DNA from: Escherichia phage AV115
Reading direction: 5' to 3' (one strand)
Sequence record: OR352945.1
Length of the DNA: 64,000 nucleotides
In this document: positions 21,120-31,809 of the stretch, in pieces
Position numbering within the stretch: the first letter of the stretch is position 1
How the letters are laid out: each line of letters starts with the position of its first letter
Notes under the pieces: generated by a model
Told to the model about the DNA's origin: nothing
Database searches by the model: none
What the model saw: only the letters and a program-made list of their open reading frames with translations
Position numbers and translations under genes: made by a program

Positions 21120-22037
21120 TCAGAATTCATTAATTACACTTGTCAATTTAGAAAGACCAGATTTTACAAAGTATGAATAAATCTTGCCTTTAGGTTGTGG
21201 TTTATATGAGTTATAATACTCTATAATGGTTGAAGCAATATTATCAGGGATATAATCAAAATCAATGAGAACCAAATTTTCTTGATACCGTTTATATTCT
21301 TCTGCACTTAATAATACTTCAGCTTGAGAGCGGTCATTGGCAATTGCTTCAATAATCGTTGTTTTCATGCTTGGAGTTCGTTCACCATCAACTCTGGTAA
21401 ACCAGAAGTCACCACGAACTCGAACCGATGCAACACCGTCTTTACGGTCACCTTTAAGAATTTTAGTCATGCAATCAATTTCAGCAGAACCGTTCTTAAT
21501 TTTAACCCATTTTTTCTGTGGTGGCGACCACTGTTTAACGTTAGGATATTTGTGTAATTGTGTAAAGTCACCATCTGATGCAACAATACATACTTTATGT
21601 CCAGCTAATGACAAATATTTAGTTAATACACCGATATGGTCATCCGCTTCATACTTGTCAATATCCATTACAACGTATGGCATGTATTTCTTAATCTCAT
21701 CAACAACTTGATGGAGTGCAGTAAAATATCCTTCCCAATCCCACTTTGAAGCTTCACGATCGGTTTTACGATTTTTCTTGTAATAGTAAGCAAAGTCACG
21801 TCGCCAATAACCTGAAGTAGCATTATCCATACACAATACAAATTTTGTATAGCCTTGCTTACGGAACATCACTACGTTTTTACGAATTGAATTCAAGATT
21901 ACATGGCGAACCATCGGAACAGTAATTTTATCGCCGTCTTCAAAGTTGTTTAATGCGGCTGCCAATGCAATGTTACTAAAGTCGGCAAGTGCAATACCTT
22001 CTTTGTAATCTTCATCCAACATCATTTCTAAATCCAT
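21120..22037 (-). CDS. rnh: RNase H (5-prime to 3-prime exonuclease / flap endonuclease)
   Basis: 305 aa; near-identical to recalled T4 RNase H. Confidence 0.9.
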   Translation of the reverse strand: MDLEMMLDEDYKEGIALADFSNIALAAALNNFEDGDKITVPMVRHVILNSIRKNVVMFRKQGYTKFVLCMDNATSGYWRRDFAYYYKKNRKTDREASKWDWEGYFTALHQVVDEIKKYMPYVVMDIDKYEADDHIGVLTKYLSLAGHKVCIVASDGDFTQLHKYPNVKQWSPPQKKWVKIKNGSAEIDCMTKILKGDRKDGVASVRVRGDFWFTRVDGERTPSMKTTIIEAIANDRSQAEVLLSAEEYKRYQENLVLIDFDYIPDNIASTIIEYYNSYKPQPKGKIYSYFVKSGLSKLTSVINEF

Positions 22038-22064
22038 ATGAACCTCTTGTTCAGTTAGTCAACT

Positions 22065-22100
22065 TGTCTATAGTAACACACTCATTTGAAAGCGTAAACT
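22065..22100 (-). promoter_or_regulatory. T4-type early promoter for rnh
   Basis: Minus strand GTTTAC, 18 nt, TACTAT; back-to-back with gene 34 late promoter. Confidence 0.5.
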
Positions 22101-22102
22101 GG

Positions 22103-22110
22103 TATAAATA
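22103..22110 (+). promoter_or_regulatory. late promoter (TATAAATA) for gene 34
   Basis: Exact TATAAATA about 30 nt upstream of gene 34 ATG. Confidence 0.7.
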
Positions 22111-22140
22111 AGTATTATTGAAACAATAAAGGAAAAACGA

Positions 22141-25100
22141 ATGGCCGACATCAAACGTAAGTTCAGAGCCGAAGACGGTCTGGACGCCGGTGGCGACAAG
22201 ATTGTTAACGTAGCATTAGCCGACCGTACAGTAGGTACTGATGGCGTAAACGTTGACTTCCTGGTACAAGAAAACACCGTTCAAGTATATGATTCTACGC
22301 GTGGATATAACAGAGGATTTGTTGTTCTTTATGACAACCGCTTATATCAAGCAATAAATGATATCGTGTCTCCTTCCGGGGCATTTAACCTTTTACAATG
22401 GCGTGCAGTTCGTACTGATGCACAATGGATAACCGTCGCTTCTGGGACTTATCAACTTTCTTCAGGCGAATCGATTTCTGTTAACACTGGTGCCGGCAAT
22501 GATATGGTTTTCACGTTGCCAAATACTCCGGTTGATGGTGATACTGTTGTTTTGGCTGATATTGGTGGAAGAACCGGGACAGTTAAAGTACAGATTAACG
22601 CGTCTGTGCAGAGTATTTTAAACTTTAGAGGTGAACAAGTTCGTACAGTTTTAATGACGCGCCCACGTTCACAACTATTGTTTGTGTTTAGTAATCGTTT
22701 GTGGCAGATGTATATTATCGATTATGGTAAAGAATCAATCACTGTTACACCTGCGACACCATATCAAGCACAAGCAAATGATTTTATCGTTCGTCGTTTT
22801 ACTAGTGCAGCACCAATCAACATTACACTTCCACGTAATGCTAACAATGGTGATATAATCAGCCTAGTCGATTTAGATAGATTAAACCCACTGTATCATA
22901 CAATTGTTAAAACATTTGATGATACAACGTCTATTGGTGAAGTCGGGACTCATATTGCCGAAGGCAGAAATGACTCTGACGCGTTTTTTGTTTTTGATGC
23001 CGCAAATAGTTTATGGCGTATATGGGAAGGCGACCAGAAATCGCGTCTTCGTATTATCCGTGCGGATTCAAATATTCGTCCAAATGAAGAAGTTCTTATT
23101 TTTGGCACAAATAACGCTACAGCCGGAACTATTAATCTTACGCTGCCTTCCGGAATTTTGAGTGGTGACACTGTTAAAATTTCAATGAACTACATGCGTA
23201 AAGGCCAAACAGTAAAAATTAAAGCTGCCGAAGGTGATACAATTGCTTCTTCTGTCGCATTACTTCAGTTCCCTAAACGTTCTGAATATCCACCTGATGC
23301 TCAATGGGTTTCTGTTACTGAACTAGAATTCAATGGCACTACTTCATATGTTCCTGTGTTAGAATTAGCGTATATCGAAGACACTGTTGCTGGTACACGT
23401 TATTGGGTTGTTCAACAAAACGTCCCTACAGTAGAACGTGTTGATGCTGGAACTGATGCTACACGAGCTCGTTTAGGTGTTATTGCTCTTGCTACTCAAG
23501 CGCAAGCAAATGTTGATTTAGAGAATACTCCAGCTAAAGAAGTGGCTATTACTCCGGAAACATTGGCAAATCGTACAGCAACTGAAGCTCGACGTGGTAT
23601 CGCTAAAATTGCTACAACAGCACAAGTTAACCAGAATTCCACAGCATCATTTGTGGACGATACTATTGTTACGCCTAAAAAACTAAATGAGCGTACAGCA
23701 ACTGAAACTCGTCGCGGTCTTGCTGAAATTGCTACTCAGACCGAAACCGATGCTGGTCTTGATGACACAACGATTATTACACCTAAGAAATTGCAGGCAC
23801 GTCAGGGTTCTGAAACACTATCGGGTATAGTTAAATATGTATCAACTACTTCTGCTACTCCTGCTGAAACTCGTGGGGCTGCAGGCACTAACGTTTATAA
23901 TAAAGACACAACTACGTTAACTATTTCGCCTAAAGCTCTCGATCAGTATAAAGCGACTTCTACTCAACAGGGTGCTACTATTCTGGCTCTTGAAAGTGAA
24001 GTAATTGCTGGTCAATCCCAAGCAGGTTATTCTCATGCTGTAGTAACTCCTGAAACACTACATAAGAAAACTTCTACTGATGGACGTATTGGTTTAATTG
24101 AAATTGCTACGCAAGCAGAAACTAATGCTGGGACTGATTATACACGTGCAGTAACGCCTAAGACGTTAAATGATAGGAAAGCTACGGAAGGATTATCCGG
24201 CATAGCCGAACTTGCTACGCAAGTTGAATTTGATACTGGAACTGATGATACTCGTATCTCGACTCCACTGAAAATTAAAACTCATTTTGATTCTTCTGAC
24301 CGTACCAGTGTTAATTCTGATTCCGGACTTATTGAAGAAGGAACCTTGTGGAACCATTATACTCTTGATATTTCTAAAGCAAATGAAACACAACGTGGTA
24401 CACTTCGCGTAGCGACCCAGGCAGAATCTAATGCAGGAACTTTAGATGATGTTCTTATTACTCCTAAAAAGCTTTTAGGGACTAAGTCCACTGAAACGTC
24501 TGAAGGCGTAATTAAGGTTGCTACTCAGGCTGAAACTGTAACAGGAACTTCTGCTAATACTGCTGTATCTCCTAAGAATTTAAAATGGATTGTCCAGAAA
24601 GAACCAACATGGGCTGCTACTACAGCAATTCGCGGATTCGTTAAAACTTCATCCGGTTCTATTACATTCGTTGGTAATGATACAGTCGGTTCTACCCAAG
24701 ATTTAGAACTGTATGAGAAAAATAGCTATGCAGTATCACCATATGAATTAAACCGTGTATTGGCAAATTATTTGCCGTTAAAAGCAAAAGCCGTAGATAG
24801 TAATTTATTGGATGGTCTAGATTCATCTCAGTTCATTCGTAGGGACATCGCCCAGTCAGTTAATGGTTCACTAACCTTAACCCAACAAACGAATCTGAGT
24901 GCCCCTCTTGTATCATCTAGTACTGCTACGTTTGGTGGTTCAGTTTCGGCAAATAGTACATTAACTATTTCTAACTCTGGAACAGCTACTCGTCTGATTT
25001 TTGAAAAAGGACCTCAGTCCGGAACAAATCCTGCTCAAACGATGACTATCAGAGTTTGGGGAAATGAATTTGGTGGTGGTTCAGATACAACACGTTCTAC

Positions 25101-26016
25101 TGTATTTGAAGTTGGTGATGAAACATCTAATCACTTTTATTCTCAACGTAATAAAGCTGGGAATATAACGTTTAGCATTAATGGTACTGTGATGCCAATA
25201 AATGTTAACGCTTCAGGCACGTTAAATGCGAATGGTGTAGCAACATTTGGTCGTTCAGTTACAGCCAATGGTGAATTCATTAGCAAGTCTGCAAATGCTT
25301 TTAGAGCAATAAACGGTGATTATGGATTCTTTATTCGTAATGATGCCTCTAATACCTATTTTTTGCTCACTGCAGCCGGTGATCAGACTGGTGGTTTTAA
25401 TGGATTACGCCCATTATTAATTAATAATCAATCCGGTCAGATTACAATTGGTGAAGGCTTAATCATCGCCAAAGGTGTTACTATAAATTCAGGCGGTTTG
25501 ACTGTTAACTCGAGAATTCGTTCTCAGGGTATTAAAACATCTGATTTATATACTCGTGCGCCAACATCTGATACTGTAGGATTCTGGTCAATCGATATTA
25601 ACGATTCAGCCACTTATAACCAGTTCCCAGGTTATTTTAAAATGGTTGAAAAAACTAATGAAGTGACTGGGCTTCCATACTTAGAACGCGGCGAAGAAGT
25701 TAAATCTCCTGGTACATTGACTCAGTTTGGTAATACACTTGATTCACTTTACCAAGATTGGATTACTTATCCAACAACTCCAGAAGCACGTACCACTCGC
25801 TGGACACGTACATGGCAGAAAACTAAAAATTCTTGGTCAAGTTTTGTTCAGGTATTTGATGGAGGTAACCCTCCTCAACCATCTGATATTGGTGCTTTAC
25901 CATCTGATAATGCTACAATGGGGAATCTTACTATTCGTGATTTCTTAAGGATTGGTAATGTCCGCATTATTCCAGACCCTGTGAATAAATCTGTTAAATT
26001 CGAGTGGATTGAATAA
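22141..26016 (+). CDS. 34: long tail fibre proximal subunit gp34
   Basis: 1291 aa; late promoter upstream; internal repeats ending in ATQAE..AG. Confidence 0.95.
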   Translation: MADIKRKFRAEDGLDAGGDKIVNVALADRTVGTDGVNVDFLVQENTVQVYDSTRGYNRGFVVLYDNRLYQAINDIVSPSGAFNLLQWRAVRTDAQWITVASGTYQLSSGESISVNTGAGNDMVFTLPNTPVDGDTVVLADIGGRTGTVKVQINASVQSILNFRGEQVRTVLMTRPRSQLLFVFSNRLWQMYIIDYGKESITVTPATPYQAQANDFIVRRFTSAAPINITLPRNANNGDIISLVDLDRLNPLYHTIVKTFDDTTSIGEVGTHIAEGRNDSDAFFVFDAANSLWRIWEGDQKSRLRIIRADSNIRPNEEVLIFGTNNATAGTINLTLPSGILSGDTVKISMNYMRKGQTVKIKAAEGDTIASSVALLQFPKRSEYPPDAQWVSVTELEFNGTTSYVPVLELAYIEDTVAGTRYWVVQQNVPTVERVDAGTDATRARLGVIALATQAQANVDLENTPAKEVAITPETLANRTATEARRGIAKIATTAQVNQNSTASFVDDTIVTPKKLNERTATETRRGLAEIATQTETDAGLDDTTIITPKKLQARQGSETLSGIVKYVSTTSATPAETRGAAGTNVYNKDTTTLTISPKALDQYKATSTQQGATILALESEVIAGQSQAGYSHAVVTPETLHKKTSTDGRIGLIEIATQAETNAGTDYTRAVTPKTLNDRKATEGLSGIAELATQVEFDTGTDDTRISTPLKIKTHFDSSDRTSVNSDSGLIEEGTLWNHYTLDISKANETQRGTLRVATQAESNAGTLDDVLITPKKLLGTKSTETSEGVIKVATQAETVTGTSANTAVSPKNLKWIVQKEPTWAATTAIRGFVKTSSGSITFVGNDTVGSTQDLELYEKNSYAVSPYELNRVLANYLPLKAKAVDSNLLDGLDSSQFIRRDIAQSVNGSLTLTQQTNLSAPLVSSSTATFGGSVSANSTLTISNSGTATRLIFEKGPQSGTNPAQTMTIRVWGNEFGGGSDTTRSTVFEVGDETSNHFYSQRNKAGNITFSINGTVMPINVNASGTLNANGVATFGRSVTANGEFISKSANAFRAINGDYGFFIRNDASNTYFLLTAAGDQTGGFNGLRPLLINNQSGQITIGEGLIIAKGVTINSGGLTVNSRIRSQGIKTSDLYTRAPTSDTVGFWSIDINDSATYNQFPGYFKMVEKTNEVTGLPYLERGEEVKSPGTLTQFGNTLDSLYQDWITYPTTPEARTTRWTRTWQKTKNSWSSFVQVFDGGNPPQPSDIGALPSDNATMGNLTIRDFLRIGNVRIIPDPVNKSVKFEWIE
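23460..24600 (+). repeat. tandem degenerate coding repeats within gp34 (about 7 copies of a roughly 40-aa unit)
   Basis: Recurring ...T.E.RRG.A.IAT.A...AG... units in the translated sequence. Confidence 0.5.
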
Positions 26017-26024
26017 GAGGTATT

Positions 26025-27152
26025 ATGGAAAAATTTATGGCTAAGTTTGGACAAGGATACGTCCAAACGCCATTTTTATCGGAAAGCAATTCAGTACGAT
26101 TTAAATTAAGCATAGCGGGCTCTTGCCCGCTATCAACATCTCCTGCTTATATTAAGTTCCAGGATAATCCACTTGGTTCCCAGGTTTTTTCCGTTGGATT
26201 AAACGTTCGTGTAATAAATCCTACAACAGGTGCAGTAGTTGAATCTAAGTCATATAATTTCTCTACTGAAAACGACGCCACGTCAAGTGCATTTGTTACT
26301 TACATGGATACATATGCTTCAAATTTTATATTTGCTCTTGTTACTAACGCTAAAACAAACTTTCCTCCTGAAGTTCTCGCATGGTTTACCAAAGCTGGGA
26401 GTTCTGCTATTCCATTAGCTCAACAAGTTTTAAATATAGTGGACATTTCTTATTCTGCATTTTATATTTCTGGTAAGAACGCTATAGCACTAGAACATAT
26501 TAAGTATAGTAATAAGAAAACTTCAACCGACTATAGTACACCACTTGATGTTGTGTACGACACTATCGATGATATTGGTGCTACCGGCTTCCCTAGTCGT
26601 ACGTACGAATCGACAGACACATTTTTATCTGCTGTTGGAGGTACTAATAACGAAATTAAAAGGATGCCTACAACATCCCTTATTACACCTCTCGCTGGGT
26701 ATAAATTGAAGCCTGGAGATTTCCTTTATATGAAATTCCAACTAATGGCCGATGCTGATTTGTTAGCACAAGGGACGACACGACTCTCTATTCGTTTCTT
26801 TAAATCTCCTTCTACTTCACCTATTTCATTTAAGGATATAAACTTTGATGGGGCTGCAGGTGAATGGAAGATATATGAAGACTACATAGAAATTCCTGCT
26901 GGTGCTGACGGGTTCACGATTTATTGTTATCGTACAGCTCCAGTCGGGCAAGGTGGATTAAGAAACGTTATATTCACTGAAGTATCATGTAATGGAAGCG
27001 TTTCAAAACCTGCTGAGTTTGGTATAAATGGTATTCGTGTAAATTATGTTTCAGAATCTTTAAGTGCCCCAGACATAATGACATTACCTACTCAATCTTC
27101 AACTGATACCGGTAAGGTATTTGGACAAGAATTTAAAGAAGCATCAGAATAA
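26025..27152 (+). CDS. 35: long tail fibre hinge protein gp35
   Basis: 375 aa; matches recalled T4 gp35. Confidence 0.85.
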   Translation: MEKFMAKFGQGYVQTPFLSESNSVRFKLSIAGSCPLSTSPAYIKFQDNPLGSQVFSVGLNVRVINPTTGAVVESKSYNFSTENDATSSAFVTYMDTYASNFIFALVTNAKTNFPPEVLAWFTKAGSSAIPLAQQVLNIVDISYSAFYISGKNAIALEHIKYSNKKTSTDYSTPLDVVYDTIDDIGATGFPSRTYESTDTFLSAVGGTNNEIKRMPTTSLITPLAGYKLKPGDFLYMKFQLMADADLLAQGTTRLSIRFFKSPSTSPISFKDINFDGAAGEWKIYEDYIEIPAGADGFTIYCYRTAPVGQGGLRNVIFTEVSCNGSVSKPAEFGINGIRVNYVSESLSAPDIMTLPTQSSTDTGKVFGQEFKEASE

Positions 27153-27157
27153 ATTTA

Positions 27158-27180
27158 GGGAGACCGAAGTCTCCCATTTT
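27158..27180 (+). terminator. intrinsic terminator after gene 35
   Basis: Same 18-mer palindrome followed by AUUUUU on plus transcript. Confidence 0.55.
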
Positions 27181-27182
27181 TG

Positions 27183-27190
27183 TATAAATA
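27183..27190 (+). promoter_or_regulatory. late promoter (TATAAATA) for gene 36
   Basis: Exact TATAAATA 25 nt upstream of gene 36 ATG, just after gene 35 terminator. Confidence 0.7.
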
Positions 27191-27214
27191 TGGTATACAT
27201 ATAAGGAGACAACT

Positions 27215-27877
27215 ATGGCCGATTTAAAAGCTGGTAGTACAACTGGCGGTGCCGTTATATGGCATCAAGGTAATTTCCCTTTAATGCCAGCAGGTGATGA
27301 CGTCCTGTATAAAACGTTTAAACTCTATTCAGAATATAATAAACCACAAGCTGCTGATAATGATTTCGTTTCTAAAGCTAATGGTGGTACTTACGCTGCA
27401 ACTGTTCGATTTAACGGAGGCGTACATGTTCCTACTGTAGGTAGTAGTCAACAGTGTGGTGTTTATCCAGGTAACGGTGATGCAGCTACTTTTGATATGG
27501 CAAATATTGACATCGTTTCGTGGAATGGTATTGGTTTTAAGTCATCACAAGGTTCAGCAGACCGAACTGTTGTTATTAACGCTCGTAATGGTGATATTAG
27601 TACAAAAGGCGTTGTGACAGCAGTAGGTCAAGTAAGAAGCGATGCGACTTCTCCTATAGCAGCGAATGATCTCACAAGAAAAGATTATGTTGATGGACGA
27701 ATAAATATTGTTACGGATAACGCAAATTCCCGTGTATTGCGTAAAGGCGATACCATGATTGGTACTTTAACAGCACCAAACTTTTTCTCACAGAATCCGG
27801 CGTCTGAGGCTAATCATGTTCCTCGTTTCGACCAGATTGTAATTAAAGATTCTGTTCAAGATTTCGGCTATTATTAA
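27215..27877 (+). CDS. 36: long tail fibre distal connector gp36
   Basis: 220 aa; position and T4 length; TATAAATA late promoter upstream. Confidence 0.85.
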   Translation: MADLKAGSTTGGAVIWHQGNFPLMPAGDDVLYKTFKLYSEYNKPQAADNDFVSKANGGTYAATVRFNGGVHVPTVGSSQQCGVYPGNGDAATFDMANIDIVSWNGIGFKSSQGSADRTVVINARNGDISTKGVVTAVGQVRSDATSPIAANDLTRKDYVDGRINIVTDNANSRVLRKGDTMIGTLTAPNFFSQNPASEANHVPRFDQIVIKDSVQDFGYY

Positions 27878-27885
27878 GAGGACTT

Positions 27886-30800
27886 ATGGCTACATTAAAA
27901 CAGATACAATTTAAAAGAAGCAAAGTAGCAGGAGTTAATCCTACTGCAGCACAATTAGCCGAAGGCGAATTAGCGATAAACTTAAAAGATCGAACTCTTT
28001 TTACTAAAGATGACCTCGGTAATATTATTAGCCTAGGCTTTGCTAAGGGTGGGGATATTAACGGTAATGTAACTCAAACTGGCGATTATTTACAAAACGG
28101 CACGTATAATCTCAATGGAAATCAGTTTGTTTACGCAGGAAAATACATTGAATTTTTACCTAAAACCACTGGAAATGGCGCTTGGGCTAACCAACATTCG
28201 AATAAAGCCCCTATCTTTACAGATTTAAGTTCAACTACTTCTGTTTCAGAATACCATCCACTGATTAAACAACGTTATAAAGATGGAACTTTTTCTGCTG
28301 GTACATTAGTAAACGAAGGTAGTTTTAAATTCCATTATATTGATGAAACCGGGACTTCAAAATACTGGACTTTTAATCGAAACGGTAATTTTCAAGTTGA
28401 TTCCGGAAGTTTATTAGTATCTAATGGATATTTAGTTACTCAAAGTAATATTGAAACTAAAGCTGGTTCTTTAATTGGTCCTAAAGTTATTACCAAAAAT
28501 ATCAATGTGAGTACTAAATCTTGGGACACTAATATTGATACTGCATATGATTTAGTTTCATTACCGACTTGGCACTATACTCCAACCGAAACAGATTTGG
28601 ATACTAATGGTATAAACTACCTTCGTAAATTCCGCGGACATGTTTCTTCTGCTATTTTCCATGAAGTTGCTGATGCTCGTTCAGGTAAACCACAGAATAT
28701 TTCGTATTGGACGGGACGTAATGCTGAAGTTTATCAATGGTCTTATACCACAGACGGGCGTATGTCTGTTGCTAATTCGATAGGTATAGGTCTTGCTGAT
28801 GTTGGTGACCAAGGACGTTATCCATTGGTTTCGTTTGGTAAAGGTATTGCAATTGGTGACAATGATACTGGTATTAAATGGGTTCGTGACGGCGTTATTG
28901 ATTTGATTGCTAACGGTGTTTCGACCGGTACAATAAACAGTACTGGTGTTAATAGTACAAAGAAATTAACAGTTGGGTATAGCCGTGATTCTGGATCTAC
29001 TTGGGATTATCCGAATACCAACCAGGCAATGTTCAGCGCTAGAACAGAAGTTGATGGTAATAATAACGGTGATGGTCAAACTCACATTGGTTATAGTTCT
29101 AATGCTAAGATGTATCATTATTTCCGTGGCGCTGGCCGCATGGCCATCAGCATGGGTGAAGGTCTTATTGTCGAACCAGGAATTCTTGATATTAAAACCG
29201 GTTCAAATTCGTTAAATTTGCGTGCTGATGGTACCATCGCTTCTGTTCAAACGTTAAAACTTAATAATGGATTATATTTTAATGGTGATGGAACTAATGC
29301 TTCTCTAATTTTTAAAGCAGCTTCAGGTATTGATGGTACTAAGCAAATTTTGTGGGAAGGCGGTACTCGTGCAGGTCAGAACAAAAGTTATGTGACCGTG
29401 AAAGCATGGGGTAACTCATTTAATGCTACTGGTGATAAAGCTCGAGAAACCGTATTTGAGGTTTCTGATGGCCAAGGTTATTATTTCTATTCTCAACGCG
29501 TAGCTCCGACCGGTTCTGAAACTACAGGCCCTGTTGTAACTCAGTTCAATGGACAGGTTAATGCTAGAGGAAGCTTAATAACCGACGGAAGTCTTAGAGT
29601 TAACGGATTAAGCACTCTAGTTGGCAACGTTACAATGAATAATGGATTGTTTGTTCAAGGCGGTTCTTCTATTACTGGACAAGTTAAAATTGGTGGAACA
29701 GCTGATGCATTAAGAATTTGGAATGCTGAATACGGTGCTATTTTCCGTCGTTCTGAAGATAAGCTTTATATTATTCCAACTCCGCAGAATGCTGGTGAAT
29801 CAGGTGGTATTTCTAATTTACGTCCGTTCTATATTGCATTAAGTAATGGTAAAGTTTCTATGGATCATGATGTAGATATCGGCGGCGGCAGATTTAAAGT
29901 AGAAGCTGCTGGAACTACGGCTGGTCAACGCATAACAGTAAATATGGCATCAGATGCTATTAGAATAAATGCTCCAACACAAGAGTCTTCTAACTTCATT
30001 CAAGGACGTAAAGCAGATGTTCCGAAATGGTATTTAGGTATTGGCGACGGCGGCAACGTCGTTCGTATGCACAGTTACACATATTCACATGGTATTGCAT
30101 TAAACTCTGATTCTGTCGATATTACTAAACCTCTTAAAGTCGGAAATGCCCAACTAGGAACCGATGGCAATATCACGGGCGGTTCAGGAAACTTTGCTAA
30201 CTTGAATACAACTTTAAACCGTAAAGTGAATTCTGGTTTTATTACTTATGGAGCAACTGCAGGTTGGTACAAGTTTGCAACAGTAACAATGCCTCAAGCT
30301 ACATCAACCGTTTCAATTACAGTCACTGGCGGAAATGGATCTAATTCTGGATCATTTAATCAGTGCGCAATTTCTGAAATTGTTCTTCGTACAGGAAACA
30401 ATACTCCTAAAGGATTAAATGCTGTTCTATATAGAAGAGGACTAAATTCATTTAGAGATATTGCTTGGGTTAATACATCTGGCGATACATATGACATTTA
30501 TGTCAATATGGGAACATATGCTAATCAGTTAATATTCAATTACAGTTCTGTTGATAATGCAACAGTTCAAATAATTGGCGCATTTAGCTCAGCTCAAAGT
30601 CCTGTTGATACATTACCGGAAACAAATGTTAAAGGACAGGTAGCAGATGTATTGACTAACTTAGTTGATTCAGGAAAAACAAAGCGTTTTGTTGCTGAAT
30701 CTGAAATAGCTGTTAATAATCAAACTGGATTACGTATTACGAGTAATGGTGATAAATCTGGTTCAAATTCAGTATTATTTAGAAATGACGGTGGAAGCTT

Positions 30801-31779
30801 CTATATTTTACTGACCGACAAAAACTCTTCAGACGGCGATAATAAAGCAACTGAAGGTGGTTGGAATGGAAAACGACCATTTTCAATTGATATGACTGCT
30901 GGTACTGTTCGTCTTGGCGAAAATACTTCTTTTGGTAAAGATGTTACTATTGATGGAAGCATTAATTCACGAGTTAAAGTTGTCGGACAGTGGAGTGTTA
31001 GCTTTTCTGATATTTCAGATGTGACTCGTGACCGTTCTGCATTTTTAGTGAATACGGGTGGCATTTCCAAGACAAGTCAATCTTATTACCCGCTATTTTC
31101 TGGATACAGTTTTTTAACTGACGCAGGTTATCGCCAATCGTTTGAATTTGGATGGTTAGGTGTTTCTGGTACTTGGCGTCAAGGCATTATTCGCATGCGT
31201 GGTGACAACCCATCGGGGCAACAGGCTCGTTGGACTTTTGATATGGACGGAACATTTTATGCTCCTATACTATCATGCGGATCTGCGAGAGCATTCGGTG
31301 TCAATACAACAAATGGATGGGGTGGTAACTCAATTGCGATAGGTGATAGTGATACTGGTTTTAGACAAGTAGGCGATGGGCTTTTAGAAACATGGGCAAA
31401 CAACGTTAAGGTCGTTCGTTATACTTCAAGTGAAGTTTATTCCGAGAAAAACGTCAACGCTCCTAACGTTTATATTCGTTCTGATATTCGTTTGAAATCT
31501 AATTTCAAGCCTATTGAAAACGCGCTCGAAAAGGTTGAACAACTTGATGGTTTAATCTATGACAAAGCTGAATATATAGGCGGTGAACCTGTCCAAACAG
31601 AAGCGGGTATTGTGGCTCAAACACTGCAAGATGTTTTACCAGAAGCAGTTCGTGAAGTTGAAGATATTAAGGGTAATAAAATACTCACTGTTTCTTCTCA
31701 ATCCCAGATTGCTCTTCTGGTTGAAGCTGTGAAAACACTTTCTTCTCGTGTAAAAGAACTTGAATCTAAACTTATGTAA
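27886..31779 (+). CDS. 37: long tail fibre distal subunit gp37 (T2-type, with C-terminal chaperone-like module)
   Basis: 1297 aa; C-terminal roughly 100 aa resemble intramolecular chaperone domains. Confidence 0.9.
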   Translation: MATLKQIQFKRSKVAGVNPTAAQLAEGELAINLKDRTLFTKDDLGNIISLGFAKGGDINGNVTQTGDYLQNGTYNLNGNQFVYAGKYIEFLPKTTGNGAWANQHSNKAPIFTDLSSTTSVSEYHPLIKQRYKDGTFSAGTLVNEGSFKFHYIDETGTSKYWTFNRNGNFQVDSGSLLVSNGYLVTQSNIETKAGSLIGPKVITKNINVSTKSWDTNIDTAYDLVSLPTWHYTPTETDLDTNGINYLRKFRGHVSSAIFHEVADARSGKPQNISYWTGRNAEVYQWSYTTDGRMSVANSIGIGLADVGDQGRYPLVSFGKGIAIGDNDTGIKWVRDGVIDLIANGVSTGTINSTGVNSTKKLTVGYSRDSGSTWDYPNTNQAMFSARTEVDGNNNGDGQTHIGYSSNAKMYHYFRGAGRMAISMGEGLIVEPGILDIKTGSNSLNLRADGTIASVQTLKLNNGLYFNGDGTNASLIFKAASGIDGTKQILWEGGTRAGQNKSYVTVKAWGNSFNATGDKARETVFEVSDGQGYYFYSQRVAPTGSETTGPVVTQFNGQVNARGSLITDGSLRVNGLSTLVGNVTMNNGLFVQGGSSITGQVKIGGTADALRIWNAEYGAIFRRSEDKLYIIPTPQNAGESGGISNLRPFYIALSNGKVSMDHDVDIGGGRFKVEAAGTTAGQRITVNMASDAIRINAPTQESSNFIQGRKADVPKWYLGIGDGGNVVRMHSYTYSHGIALNSDSVDITKPLKVGNAQLGTDGNITGGSGNFANLNTTLNRKVNSGFITYGATAGWYKFATVTMPQATSTVSITVTGGNGSNSGSFNQCAISEIVLRTGNNTPKGLNAVLYRRGLNSFRDIAWVNTSGDTYDIYVNMGTYANQLIFNYSSVDNATVQIIGAFSSAQSPVDTLPETNVKGQVADVLTNLVDSGKTKRFVAESEIAVNNQTGLRITSNGDKSGSNSVLFRNDGGSFYILLTDKNSSDGDNKATEGGWNGKRPFSIDMTAGTVRLGENTSFGKDVTIDGSINSRVKVVGQWSVSFSDISDVTRDRSAFLVNTGGISKTSQSYYPLFSGYSFLTDAGYRQSFEFGWLGVSGTWRQGIIRMRGDNPSGQQARWTFDMDGTFYAPILSCGSARAFGVNTTNGWGGNSIAIGDSDTGFRQVGDGLLETWANNVKVVRYTSSEVYSEKNVNAPNVYIRSDIRLKSNFKPIENALEKVEQLDGLIYDKAEYIGGEPVQTEAGIVAQTLQDVLPEAVREVEDIKGNKILTVSSQSQIALLVEAVKTLSSRVKELESKLM

Positions 31780-31780
31780 A

Positions 31781-31798
31781 AGAGGGCTTCGGCCCTCT
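31781..31798 (+). terminator. intergenic UUCG hairpin between genes 37 and 38
   Basis: AGAGGGC-UUCG-GCCCUCU on plus transcript directly before gene 38 RBS. Confidence 0.4.
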
Positions 31799-31809
31799 AA
31801 GGATTTTTA

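Noticed and set aside
22068-22277. 69-aa minus-strand ORF overlapping the gene 34 start and promoter region
   Set aside because: Antisense to the well-supported gp34 ORF and late promoter, odd composition, no RBS; shadow ORF.
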